Assembly (NCBI RefSeq): GCF_000022265.1
Contig: NC_011979.1
Span: 480,001-512,000, forward strand
DNA from: Geotalea daltonii FRC-32
GTDB lineage: Bacteria > Desulfobacterota > Desulfuromonadia > Geobacterales > Geobacteraceae
Direction of reading: 5' to 3'
Length of the DNA: 32,000 nt
Position 1 is the stretch's first letter. Each line of letters opens with the position of its first letter. Positions 10,186-18,799 of the stretch are shown in pieces. Position numbers and translations under genes: made by a program. The notes beneath the pieces are model-generated. The model made no database searches and was not told the DNA's origin. It worked only from the letters and a program-made list of their open reading frames with translations.

Positions 10186-10925
10186 TGCGCAGGTTCATTG
10201 TGGATAAAAGGGATATTGACGACGCTGAAGCCGTCATTACCGGATATCTTTACAGACATATGGCAAAAGTACTGCGTCTGAAGCAAGGGACAGCGGTAAT
10301 GCTGACCGATGGAGAGGGAGGGGAGTACGAAGGAGTCATTGAATCCATCGATTCAACCAGCCTGCGTGTAAGGGTTGTCAGGCGGGAAACACTGATGGTG
10401 GATGATGGCGGGCCTCAAATTACCATTTACCAGGGACTGCCCAAAGGGGACAAACTGGAATATATCCTGCAAAAGTGCACCGAGCTAGGCGCCGCAGGGA
10501 TAGTCCCCTTTGCCGCAAGCCGTTCCATTGCCAGGATCAGCCCACAACGGAGTGCCGGGCGTGTCGACCGCTGGCAAAAGATAGCTGCCGAGGCAGCCAG
10601 GCAGTCCCGGCGGGCGACTGTGCCCCGAGTTTCCTTGGCTGATGATCTTTCGCAGGTATTGCAGCTTGCCCAACATTCTGTTAAGCTGCTGCTCTGGGAG
10701 GAAGAGAAGGCAAACCTTCTCAGGGAGACACTGTCGGGACTGTCTGCCCCGAATGATATAGGTGTCCTCATCGGCCCTGAAGGAGGATTTTCCCCTGAGG
10801 AAGCTGCAGCAGCATCCTCTGCCGGATTCATTCCCATTTCCATGGGTAGGCGTATCGTCAGAACGGAGACCGCCAGCCTGATAATCCTTTCAATTCTCCA
10901 GTACCATTGGGGCGATCTTGGCTGA
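10185..10925 (+). CDS. rsmE: 16S rRNA (uracil1498-N3)-methyltransferase
   Basis: MRRFIV start, PUA-like N-terminal part and SPOUT C-terminal block LIGPEGGFSPEE. The start overlaps the prmA stop (TAATG), suggesting translational coupling. Confidence 0.85.
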   Translation: MRRFIVDKRDIDDAEAVITGYLYRHMAKVLRLKQGTAVMLTDGEGGEYEGVIESIDSTSLRVRVVRRETLMVDDGGPQITIYQGLPKGDKLEYILQKCTELGAAGIVPFAASRSIARISPQRSAGRVDRWQKIAAEAARQSRRATVPRVSLADDLSQVLQLAQHSVKLLLWEEEKANLLRETLSGLSAPNDIGVLIGPEGGFSPEEAAAASSAGFIPISMGRRIVRTETASLIILSILQYHWGDLG

Positions 10926-10991
10926 ATGAAGAAGACATGAGATTGAGAATCCACGTCCCTTTCCGGGGCTTATTAGAGGAGTATAAAAGTA

Positions 10992-11570
10992 ATGAAGTGT
11001 CCCAAATGCGGCTACAACAGCTTCGAGTTTCTGGATCAGTGCAAAAAGTGCAGTAATGATCTGGTTCTTTTCAAGAAGAGTAATGGCATTCGCTCGGTGC
11101 TCATGCCTATCATGGAAAGAGGGGATGGGGTACCTGCAGCAGGGATTGCTTCTTCTGGCTTGCAGCCGGACCAGGCTGTAGGACAGCATGACGATGAGAC
11201 CTTCAGCTGGGATGAGCCAGTTGCTGAAATTACTCCGGCGCCTGCAGGGGACAAGGCAGGGATGGCAGATTTCCCATTCGGTGAAACTGCCACAGGCAAT
11301 GAGGCAAGCCTTGATGATCTGCTTGAAACGAGCGCTACACTGGAAAGAGCAACGGTTGCCGATGGGGCTGATAAGAACAAGGCTCCAGCCAATGGCCCAG
11401 CCGCCGGATTTGAAACCTCATCCGGTGAATTCGAGATGGCAGACTTCTTCAGCGAGGACAAACAGGAGAAAAAGGCCGAGACCATTCCCCAGCAGGGTAA
11501 GCCGGCACAGGACGGGCTGGATGGAGATTTTGATTTTCTTTTCAGCAGTGACGAGAACGAGAAGAAATAG
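10992..11570 (+). CDS. Zinc-ribbon protein with a long acidic low-complexity tail (hypothetical)
   Basis: The N-terminus MKCPKCGYNSFEFLDQCKKCSNDL carries a CxxC...CxxC ribbon. The remaining 150 aa or so are acidic and Ala/Gly/Pro-rich with short F-containing motifs (DFPFGE, EMADFF, DFDFLF). Confidence 0.55.
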   Translation: MKCPKCGYNSFEFLDQCKKCSNDLVLFKKSNGIRSVLMPIMERGDGVPAAGIASSGLQPDQAVGQHDDETFSWDEPVAEITPAPAGDKAGMADFPFGETATGNEASLDDLLETSATLERATVADGADKNKAPANGPAAGFETSSGEFEMADFFSEDKQEKKAETIPQQGKPAQDGLDGDFDFLFSSDENEKK

Positions 11571-11585
11571 TTAACAGCGCTGCCT

Positions 11586-12758
11586 CTACTGGATAATATC
11601 CAGCAGTTCTGCGGCAAATTCCTTCCTTTGCCAACATTTTATAAATGGTATTTCCGCCAACGCCTCCGGGCTGCTGGGAGCTGTATCAGCGAGAGCTTCC
11701 AGCAGGCTGTTGTTGGCGATGATGCCCACACCAAGTCCCAGCTCCACTGCCTTTGCTTCTCGCCACTCCTTCAGCCGTTTCAGGCGCGCTTCCTGGTCGC
11801 GATCCCTTATCATGCGCGCTGTTGAAGGGAAATGCGGCAGTCTGGCCACCGGGATTGCCGCTCCCTTTGCCACCACCTTGAGAATTTCCCTTCCGAATGT
11901 TTCGATCAGTTTTTGCGTCAGCCCCGGTATGCCATTCAGATCCGCCAGAGTCCGCGGCTGCAGTTCGGCCAGCTCCCGTAATGGCTCGTTGCCGAGGATG
12001 CGAAAAGGGGGGACATCCTTTTTTCGTGCCTTTTCGTCCCGCATCCGCAGTAGTTCCTCCAGCACCGCCAAGGCGCGTGGTTTCAGCTTTGCCGCCCCCT
12101 TGAAGCGGATAAAGAGCGGCTCATGATCCCTTGAAGCCGCTCTAACGCAGGAAACCAGCTCTGACTCTTCCTCGACCCATTCCAGGCGCCCCTTGGCGCG
12201 CAACTCTTCTTCAAGTTGCAGATAAAGCCTGATGAGAAGTGCCGTGTCCATTTTCGCATATTCGATCATTTCCGCGGAAAAGGGGCGTTTGCTCCAATCC
12301 GCCTTCTGATACTTCTTGTTCAACTCCACGCCGAATCTCTTCTTCAATGCAGCCGCCAGGCCGACCTCTTTCTCTCCCAGGAACTGGCAGGCGATCATGG
12401 TGTCGAACATGTTGCACACTTCCAACCCGAAGTCGCGATAAAGGGAACGCATGTCGTAGTCGGCGCCGTGAAAGACTTTGCGTATGCCACGGTCGGCGAG
12501 CACCGGGGCCAGAGGCGAGAGGTCAACCGGGGCTAATGGATCGATGAGAGCAGTCTGTGAAAGGTTTGATACCTGGATCAGGCATACCTTTTCCGTGTAG
12601 TGATGGAGCGAATCTGCTTCCAGGTCGAAGGCCAGGATATTTTCCCTGCTAAGTTGTTCCACCAGCAGGTTCAAGTCCTTCTGGGTTTCGATAATGCCTT
12701 TTGCAGGAGAATTGGTGCTATCTGATTGCTTTTGCAAGAAAGTCCGCCGTTTCTGCAT
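11586..12758 (-). CDS. rnd: Ribonuclease D (DEDD 3'-5' exonuclease with HRDC domain)
   Basis: Exo motifs are LAFDLEAD, ALIDPL and FHGADYDMRSL, with a Y-x3-D context (YAKMDT). An HRDC-like repeat region lies at the C terminus. Confidence 0.8.
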   Translation of the reverse strand: MQKRRTFLQKQSDSTNSPAKGIIETQKDLNLLVEQLSRENILAFDLEADSLHHYTEKVCLIQVSNLSQTALIDPLAPVDLSPLAPVLADRGIRKVFHGADYDMRSLYRDFGLEVCNMFDTMIACQFLGEKEVGLAAALKKRFGVELNKKYQKADWSKRPFSAEMIEYAKMDTALLIRLYLQLEEELRAKGRLEWVEEESELVSCVRAASRDHEPLFIRFKGAAKLKPRALAVLEELLRMRDEKARKKDVPPFRILGNEPLRELAELQPRTLADLNGIPGLTQKLIETFGREILKVVAKGAAIPVARLPHFPSTARMIRDRDQEARLKRLKEWREAKAVELGLGVGIIANNSLLEALADTAPSSPEALAEIPFIKCWQRKEFAAELLDIIQ

Positions 12759-12794
12759 CTAAAAAATGCTGCTGAGTTTGAAAGTGTTGTTTTA

Positions 12795-13838
12795 TCAGCC
12801 GATCTCCACCAGTGCCACAATTGTTTTTTCCATTTCTGCCTGGGTGCCGATGGAAATACGCAGCCCGTGAGCCAGGTTCGGGTCGGAAAAATGTCGCACC
12901 AGGATTTTCCTGTCGAAAAGCCCCTGGTAGATCCGTTCGCCGTTCCGGTCAGGTGGAGTGGCAAAAACGTAATTGCCATGGGATGGGATAACGGTGTACC
13001 CCAGCTTGCCCAGCTGATCGCAGAACCACTGCCGGGTCTCCTGAATCTTGCCCACCGTTTCGCGGAGATACTCCTGGTCGTGCAAGGCCGCCACCGCCGC
13101 AGCCTGGGCGAGCCGGTCAAGGTTGTAGTGATCCCTGATCTTGTCCAGGGCCGAGATTACCTCCGGCCTCGCCACCGCCAGCCCCAGGCGCATGCCGGCC
13201 AAGGAGTAGCTCTTGGAAAAGGTGCGCGTTACTACCACATTATCATATTTGCGTACCAGCTCCAGAGAAGTAACTTCGGCAAAATCGGCATAAGTCTCAT
13301 CGATTACCAGCGTTCCCGAAACACGCCCGGCCAGTTCTTCTATGTAGGTCTGACTGAAGGTGAAGCCTAACGGCGCATTAGGATTGGTAAGAAAAAAGAT
13401 CCGGCCCTCGTATATCTTGGGGAAATCCTTCAGCTTCCAGTCCTCGGTCAGGCCGAAGGTCTTCACCCGGGCGCCCTGAACCTCTGCCAGTGTTGCGTAG
13501 TAGGAATAGGACGGGTAGACAAAGGCGATCTCATCCCCTTCGTCGGCAAAGGCTCGGATCAGGTTGTTGAGCACTTCGTCGGAACCGTTGGCCATGATGA
13601 CCCATTCGGGTGGGAAGCCGTAAAGTTCCGCCGCCGCTTCACGTGCCGCACGGCTGGCAGCATCGGGGTAGCGCTTTAATCCTTCACCCACCTCGGCAAT
13701 GATTGCCTCTATCACCTTCGGCGATGGCGGGTAGGAATTTTCGTTGGTATTGAGCTTGATGTAGGCTGCCGGGTCCTCGGGCTGGTAGCCGGGTACATAG
13801 CCGGCCATGTTGGCAATATTCTTACGCAGCTTGATCAT
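12795..13838 (-). CDS. hisC: Histidinol-phosphate aminotransferase-like class II aminotransferase
   Basis: YVPGYQP N-terminal block, NPNAPLG, and the PLP-lysine block [14 protein letters not shown]. The ATG at 13838 has GGAG 7 nt upstream; the TTG at 13865 from the track is less likely. Confidence 0.78.
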   Translation of the reverse strand: MIKLRKNIANMAGYVPGYQPEDPAAYIKLNTNENSYPPSPKVIEAIIAEVGEGLKRYPDAASRAAREAAAELYGFPPEWVIMANGSDEVLNNLIRAFADEGDEIAFVYPSYSYYATLAEVQGARVKTFGLTEDWKLKDFPKIYEGRIFFLTNPNAPLGFTFSQTYIEELAGRVSGTLVIDETYADFAEVTSLELVRKYDNVVVTRTFSKSYSLAGMRLGLAVARPEVISALDKIRDHYNLDRLAQAAAVAALHDQEYLRETVGKIQETRQWFCDQLGKLGYTVIPSHGNYVFATPPDRNGERIYQGLFDRKILVRHFSDPNLAHGLRISIGTQAEMEKTIVALVEIG

Positions 13839-13861
13839 GTGAACTCCAGTCTTCCTATCGA

Positions 13862-14926
13862 TCAATATTCGTCAAGGATTTCATAAGTGGTGGTGCGCCG
13901 GGCCGGGATGAAGCCCGCGCCACGGATGAGGTCGATCATTTCCTCACGGGACATGCGGAAGCTGCAACCGGCTGCAGCAACGACATTCTCTTCCAGCATT
14001 GTTCCCCCCAGGTCATTGGCGCCGAAATACAGTGCGATCTGGGCGATTTTTGCCCCTTGGGTGACCCAGCTGCCCTGAATGTTGGCGATGTTGTCGAGGA
14101 CAATCCGTGACAGGGAAAGAACCTTCAGATACTCCACACCGGTTGCTGTCGTTCCACCCAGTTCCGTGTTTCCCGGCTGGTAGGTCCAGGGAATGAAAGC
14201 GGTGAATGTGCCGCCGCTGGCCTGGAGCTCGCGAACCCGGAACAGGTGCTCGACGATATCTTCGGCCTGTTCACAGCTGCCGAACATCATCGTTGCCGTG
14301 GTCGGCATTCCGAGCAGGGCCGCTTCCCTCATTACCGCCGCCCATTGCTGCCAGCCGATCTTTTTCGGCGAAATCTGCTGCCGAACACTGTCCACCAGGA
14401 TCTCGGCTCCTCCTCCGGGGATGGAGTCAAGTCCTGCCCTGTGTAGCCGCTCCAGGGTCTGGCGAATGGTAAGCCCGGACTGGGAGGCGATGTGGGTTAC
14501 TTCCGCCGGGGACAGGGAATGGTTCTGCACCTGGGGAAAGCGGCTCTTGATGCCGGCAAAGAGCTTTTCGAAAAATTCAATTCCCAGGTCCGGATGGAGC
14601 CCGCCCTGCATGAGCAGTTGCGTCCCCCCCTGTTGGACCAGTTCGGCAATCTTGGCAAAGATTGCCTCCTCCTCGAGCATGTAGGCATCGTCGGCGTCTT
14701 TAGTCCGGTAAAAGGCGCAGAAGCGGCATTGAGACTCGCAGATGTTGGTGTAATTGACATTCCTGTCAACAACGAAAGTGACGCGGTTGTCGGGATGGAG
14801 ACGGCGGCGGATATGGTCGGCAAGCCTTCCCAACTCCAGCAGCGTCCCGTCATTCAAGAGCCAGAGGGCTTCCTCTCTGCTGAGCTGCTCGTTTACCTCT
14901 ATTTTAGTTGCGATCTTTTTCAACAT
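13862..14926 (-). CDS. mqnC: Radical SAM cyclic dehypoxanthine futalosine synthase
   Basis: Radical [13 protein letters not shown] is preceded by [13 protein letters not shown], which matches the MqnC-type (SCO4550-like) signature ERNINYTNVC rather than the MqnE type. Confidence 0.75.
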   Translation of the reverse strand: MLKKIATKIEVNEQLSREEALWLLNDGTLLELGRLADHIRRRLHPDNRVTFVVDRNVNYTNICESQCRFCAFYRTKDADDAYMLEEEAIFAKIAELVQQGGTQLLMQGGLHPDLGIEFFEKLFAGIKSRFPQVQNHSLSPAEVTHIASQSGLTIRQTLERLHRAGLDSIPGGGAEILVDSVRQQISPKKIGWQQWAAVMREAALLGMPTTATMMFGSCEQAEDIVEHLFRVRELQASGGTFTAFIPWTYQPGNTELGGTTATGVEYLKVLSLSRIVLDNIANIQGSWVTQGAKIAQIALYFGANDLGGTMLEENVVAAAGCSFRMSREEMIDLIRGAGFIPARRTTTYEILDEY

Positions 14927-14964
14927 ATAACCAGTCCTGACAGCCTATGGCCACTAAGTCTCAT

Positions 14965-16047
14965 TCAATAGGTCCGCAGTTCGTTGTAAAGAGTATCGCG
15001 CTCAACCGGCTCACGGCCGGCTTTGCGGATGAGAGCGATGATGCCGTCGCGGCTCATGGCCTGGGGTGATGCAGCTCCGGCGTCATGGCCGATCTTCTCT
15101 TCCACCACCGTGCCGTCCAAATCGTTGACGCCGAAGGCGAGGGCTACCTGGGCGACCTTTTCTCCCAGCATTACCCAATAGGCCTTGATATTATCAAAGT
15201 TATCCAGGTAGATGCGGGCAATGGCCAAGGTTTTCAGGTCGTCTACCCCTGTTGTTCCGGTTCCCTTGGTGATGGTCAGCGGCGAGTTTTCGGGCTGGAA
15301 GGCTAAAGGGATGAATACCTGGAACCCTCCGGTGCGGTCTTGCAGTTCACGCAGCCTCCGCATGTGGTCAACCCGGTCGGCGAAGCTCTCCAGATGTCCA
15401 TAGAGCATGGTGGCATTGGACTTGAGACCGGCCCGGTGCACCTCCTCCATTATGGCAAGCCACCTTTCGCCCGAAATTTTTTCCGGGCAGAGCTGTTGCC
15501 GGATGCCTTCCCTGAATATCTCTGCTCCACCGCCCGGCAACGAGCCCAGTCCGGCCTCCTTGAGCTTGACCAGGGTATCACTGATGGAGCAGTCGCAAAG
15601 CTTTGCCAGATAATCGATCTCCACCGCTGTGAATGCCTTGATGTGCAGTGATGGAGAGACCTCCCGGACAGTTCGCAGCATCTCCAGGTAAAAATCGAAC
15701 GGCAGGTCGGGGTGCAACCCTCCGACGATGTGGATTTCCGTTGCCCCCTGCTGCAGGGCTTCGGTCGCCCGGTTCCTGATTTCATCCAGGTCGTACAGGT
15801 ATGCCCCCGGTTGATCGGCGGCACGGGCGAATGCGCAGAACTTGCAGCGGTTGACGCAGATGTTGGTGTGGTTGATGTGGCGATTGACATTGAAAAAGAC
15901 TTTCCGGCCATTCTTGCGTTCATTGGCCATCGCTGCAAGTTCGCCAATGGCCAGCAGATCATGGTGCCGGAAGAGAAAGAGCGCTTCATCTTCGTCAATG
16001 CGCCGCTTGTCCCGCACCTTTTCGGCTATGGCAGCCATGGTAATCAT
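14965..16047 (-). CDS. mqnE: Radical SAM aminodeoxyfutalosine synthase
   Basis: Radical SAM CVNRCKFCAF is preceded by FFNVNRHINHTNIC, the MqnE-type (SCO4494-like) FNVNRHLN signature. The start overlaps the ubiX stop (ATGA). Confidence 0.75.
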   Translation of the reverse strand: MITMAAIAEKVRDKRRIDEDEALFLFRHHDLLAIGELAAMANERKNGRKVFFNVNRHINHTNICVNRCKFCAFARAADQPGAYLYDLDEIRNRATEALQQGATEIHIVGGLHPDLPFDFYLEMLRTVREVSPSLHIKAFTAVEIDYLAKLCDCSISDTLVKLKEAGLGSLPGGGAEIFREGIRQQLCPEKISGERWLAIMEEVHRAGLKSNATMLYGHLESFADRVDHMRRLRELQDRTGGFQVFIPLAFQPENSPLTITKGTGTTGVDDLKTLAIARIYLDNFDNIKAYWVMLGEKVAQVALAFGVNDLDGTVVEEKIGHDAGAASPQAMSRDGIIALIRKAGREPVERDTLYNELRTY

Positions 16048-16667
16048 CGGTCATCCCTTTCCGGCTGGCCCCATCGGCAAAACAGATCATGTTCCACACC
16101 TGCCATGTCCAGGACTCTGCCGACGACAAAATCGACCATGTCATTGATGGACCGGGGGTGGTGGTAGAAGGCGGGCATGGCCGGTATGATGGCAGCGTGC
16201 ATCCGGGCCAGCTTGAGCATGTTTTTCAGGTGAATCTCGTTGAGCGGCGTTTCGCGGGGTACCAGAATAAGCGGTTTTTTTTCCTTGAGCATGACGTCGG
16301 CGCAACGTTCGATCAGATTGCCTGAATTGCCGCCGGCGATGCGGGAAAGGCTTCCCATGCTGCATGGAGCGACGATCATCGCATGTGCGGCTGCAGAGCC
16401 GCTGGCGATGGGGGCGTAGAGATCATCTTCTGCGTGATACGCAAGCTTTACCGGATCCACGTTGAAATGACCGCATATCATGTCTCTGATTTGCGCCGGG
16501 TTGCCATGCCAATTCAGGGAGCATTCTTCTTTAAGGACTGCAAAACCTGCCCTTGTTACCAGCAGCGTTAAGTGGGCGCCGCTTTTGAGAATCTCCTCTG
16601 CGGTTCTCAGGCCGTAAAAGGCACCGGATGCGCCGGTTATGGCCAGGGTAAAGCGGCGGATGCTCAT
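16044..16667 (-). CDS. ubiX: UbiX-type flavin prenyltransferase
   Basis: N-terminal flavoprotein block LAITGASGAFYG and a length near 207 aa. It has 4-nt overlaps with both neighbours. Confidence 0.85.
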   Translation of the reverse strand: MSIRRFTLAITGASGAFYGLRTAEEILKSGAHLTLLVTRAGFAVLKEECSLNWHGNPAQIRDMICGHFNVDPVKLAYHAEDDLYAPIASGSAAAHAMIVAPCSMGSLSRIAGGNSGNLIERCADVMLKEKKPLILVPRETPLNEIHLKNMLKLARMHAAIIPAMPAFYHHPRSINDMVDFVVGRVLDMAGVEHDLFCRWGQPERDDR

Positions 16668-17572
16668 GCCGTTCTCCTCACCAGGATATCGAACAGCGTA
16701 AAGAGGAAGATGACGACACTGATGTAGCCGTTCATGTTGAAAAATGCGGCATCCAGTTTGGTCAGATCCCCCTTGCGCAGCAGCCAGTGCTCATAGCCTG
16801 CCAGTATTGCTGTTATTATCAGTCCGATAAGGAAGAGGATGCCCAGCTGCATGATTAAATAGATACTGGTCAGGAGGGCGATCATCAGGAGGTGCAGAAG
16901 ACGGGCCATCCAGAGTGAGCCGTTGACGCCAAGGCTGACCGGGATGGAGTGCAGGCCGCTTGTGCGGTCGAATTCCAGGTCCTGCAGTGCATATAGGATG
17001 TCAAATCCCGCCACCCAGACCAGCACCGCCAGAGCCAGCAGTACTGCCGGAAGGCTGAAGTTGCCGGTGATGGCGATCCATGCACCAAGGGGGGCGGCGG
17101 CAAGACAGAGTCCAAGGACCACATGGGCCAGGGCCGTAAAACGCTTGCAATAGGAATAGAGCACAAGAAAGAAAAGGGCAATTGGGGACAGGTAGAAGCA
17201 CAAAGGATTGAGCATCCGGGCAGCCCAGAGCATGAGCGCCACCGAAAGGCAGATGAAGAGAGCAACCATCCCCTTGCTGAGGAGCCCTGCCGGAATAGCA
17301 CGCCCCTTGGTGCGGGGGTTTCTGCCGTCGATATCGGCATCGATAAGCCGGTTCAGGCTCATGGCGGCAGTGCGGGCGCCAACCATAGCCATGAGAATCC
17401 AGAAGGTCTGGTAGATGGAGGGAAGTCCTCCCGCAGCCAGCACCGCCCCGGTGAAAGCAAAGGGGAGGGCAAAGATGGTGTGGGAGAATTTTATCATCTC
17501 CAGAAAGATGGTGACTCTCCTCCAGATGCTACCCTGCTGCAGTTTTATCTCCATTGATTCATTCCCAGCCAT
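16664..17572 (-). CDS. UbiA-family aromatic polyprenyltransferase (menaquinone/futalosine-branch prenyltransferase-like)
   Basis: Asp-rich motif NRLIDADIDGRNPRT, about 8 TM helices, and first position in the mqn/ubiX operon. The alternative start is at 17554. Confidence 0.8.
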   Translation of the reverse strand: MAGNESMEIKLQQGSIWRRVTIFLEMIKFSHTIFALPFAFTGAVLAAGGLPSIYQTFWILMAMVGARTAAMSLNRLIDADIDGRNPRTKGRAIPAGLLSKGMVALFICLSVALMLWAARMLNPLCFYLSPIALFFLVLYSYCKRFTALAHVVLGLCLAAAPLGAWIAITGNFSLPAVLLALAVLVWVAGFDILYALQDLEFDRTSGLHSIPVSLGVNGSLWMARLLHLLMIALLTSIYLIMQLGILFLIGLIITAILAGYEHWLLRKGDLTKLDAAFFNMNGYISVVIFLFTLFDILVRRTA

Positions 17573-18330
17573 AGTGCCGCCATTTTTTCAACGAGTCTTG
17601 ACAACGGTCGGTTATCTCCGCGATCTCCAGCATGGGGGTCGTTTCCACCGCTATCCGGTGCAGTTCGCCAGTTTCTTCCAGTTTGTCAGGAAGTGCTGCA
17701 GACAGCGGGAGGCCATGGGCATTTCAAAAGTGGAGATTGAAGGACAAGTGGTAATTTTTAGCACTTCACCATGAATATGACAATGTTTTTCTTGGTTTTT
17801 GCGGCAGAAACAGCTGATCCCTCGAATGAAATATTCAACGTCTAATGTGGGCAGGGGAGGTCTTTAGCAGAGGAGCATGTGTAGAAATGAAAAAAGGACG
17901 TTACATGGCCAGTCCAGCCACGTCGATTGCGTCGGTAGTGATGGCAAGACCTGCCACGGGCGGTCCAAGGGAGAGCGCCGCTGTCATGACCACCCCCGCT
18001 GCGGAAATCCCTGTGAGAGAGAGGTTGGTGGCGGCGCCATCGTAGTAATTTGAATTGGGGGTGCTCGTCGGGGTCCAGGAAGCATTGTTGGTGGAATAAA
18101 AAAGGGTTTTTGCGTTACCGCGACAGGTTGAACCCACAGGGTCTCTGCTTGGCCGGGTGGACAATGGCTTACCGAACAGAGCAAGATCTGTACCGCACAT
18201 ATTGAAGGTCTTGCAGCAAATTGTGTTGCAGAAGCCATGGGGAGAGAGGTGCAAGGGTTGATACGGGGGGCGCCGCCGGCTGTTTTTCAGTTGACAAACC
18301 GCTTCTAACACGATAAAAAGACAGACTTGT

Positions 18331-18407
18331 CGGGATGTAGCGCAGCCTGGTAGCGCACCTGCTTCGGGAGCAGGGGGCCGCTGGTTCGAATCCAGTCATC
18401 CCGACCA
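18331..18407 (+). tRNA. tRNA-Pro (anticodon CGG), CCA encoded
   Basis: Acceptor stem is CGGGATG/CATCCCG. The D arm is GCGCAGCCTGGTAGCGC. The anticodon stem CCTGC/GCAGG carries the loop TTCGGGA. The T arm is GCTGGTTCGAATCCAGT, followed by discriminator A and CCA. Confidence 0.95.
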
Positions 18408-18441
18408 TCTCTTTACTCAATCCGCTGAAGTCAGCAGAGTT

Positions 18442-18488
18442 AAACCTCCTTTTGATGCCTAGAGCCCAGGCACATTCAGGAGGTTTTT
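18442..18488 (+). terminator. Probable intrinsic terminator after tRNA-Pro
   Basis: AAACCTCCT (18442-18450) pairs with AGGAGGTTT (18478-18486). There is an inner TGCCT/AGGCA helix, and the structure runs into TTTTT. Confidence 0.45.
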
Positions 18489-18579
18489 CGTTATCAGGGC
18501 ACTTTTAATTCAGTTCCGATGGGTTAGAACCAAACAGCCTGGCAGGGTCGCATCATTTCCTCTGCAAGGCGATGCACTC

Positions 18580-18588
18580 TGTTATACT
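18580..18588 (+). promoter_or_regulatory. Extended -10-like promoter element TGTTATACT
   Basis: TGnTATACT lies in an intergenic region. The identical 10-mer CTGTTATACT recurs 43 nt upstream of ldh. The predicted TSS near 18595 is just before the structured element. Confidence 0.35.
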
Positions 18589-18603
18589 GGTTAAAAGCAA
18601 ATG

Positions 18604-18781
18604 AGTTTCCATCCGGAAAGGGTTCTTTTCTGCCCTGGCGGCGTCAATCTGCGGGCTTACTTGTGCGACGTACCGATGTACGTCTCCGCGCAAGCCCTTG
18701 ATTTCCTTGCTAAAACAAAAAATCCCCTCTTTCCGAATCGGAAACCACTAGTTTCTCATCCGGAGTTTCCGGATGGAAACT
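18604..18781 (+). promoter_or_regulatory. Highly structured leader / palindromic element upstream of the DAACS transporter (class unknown)
   Basis: A perfect 16-nt inverted repeat (18604-18619 and 18766-18781) encloses an imperfect hairpin of about 20 bp (18653-18697), a 6-bp hairpin (18730-18744) and a 13-bp hairpin (18751-18780). See the findings for detail. Confidence 0.4.
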
Positions 18782-18799
18782 AAAGAGCCTGAGGTATAA

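Noticed and set aside
17559-17633. 24-codon minus-strand uORF (MLEIAEITDRCQDSLKKWRHYGWE) overlapping the ubiA-like start by 14 nt.
   Set aside because: It has no RBS and is too short to evaluate. An overlap of this kind is easily produced by chance, so I did not call it a leader peptide.
18530-18660. TGGCA-containing strings (TGGCAGGGTCGCAT at about 18540 and TGGCGGCGTCAATCTGC at about 18636) considered as sigma-54 promoters.
   Set aside because: The spacing between the GG and GC elements is 9 and 14 nt instead of the required 12 (start to start), and the -12 TTGC(A/T) consensus is absent.
18601-18783. 60-codon + strand ORF between tRNA-Pro and the transporter.
   Set aside because: Its sequence is composed of nested palindromes (16-nt inverted repeat and several hairpins). 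It has no RBS and a Cys/Pro/Phe-rich translation. It is better explained as structured RNA or DNA than as a protein.
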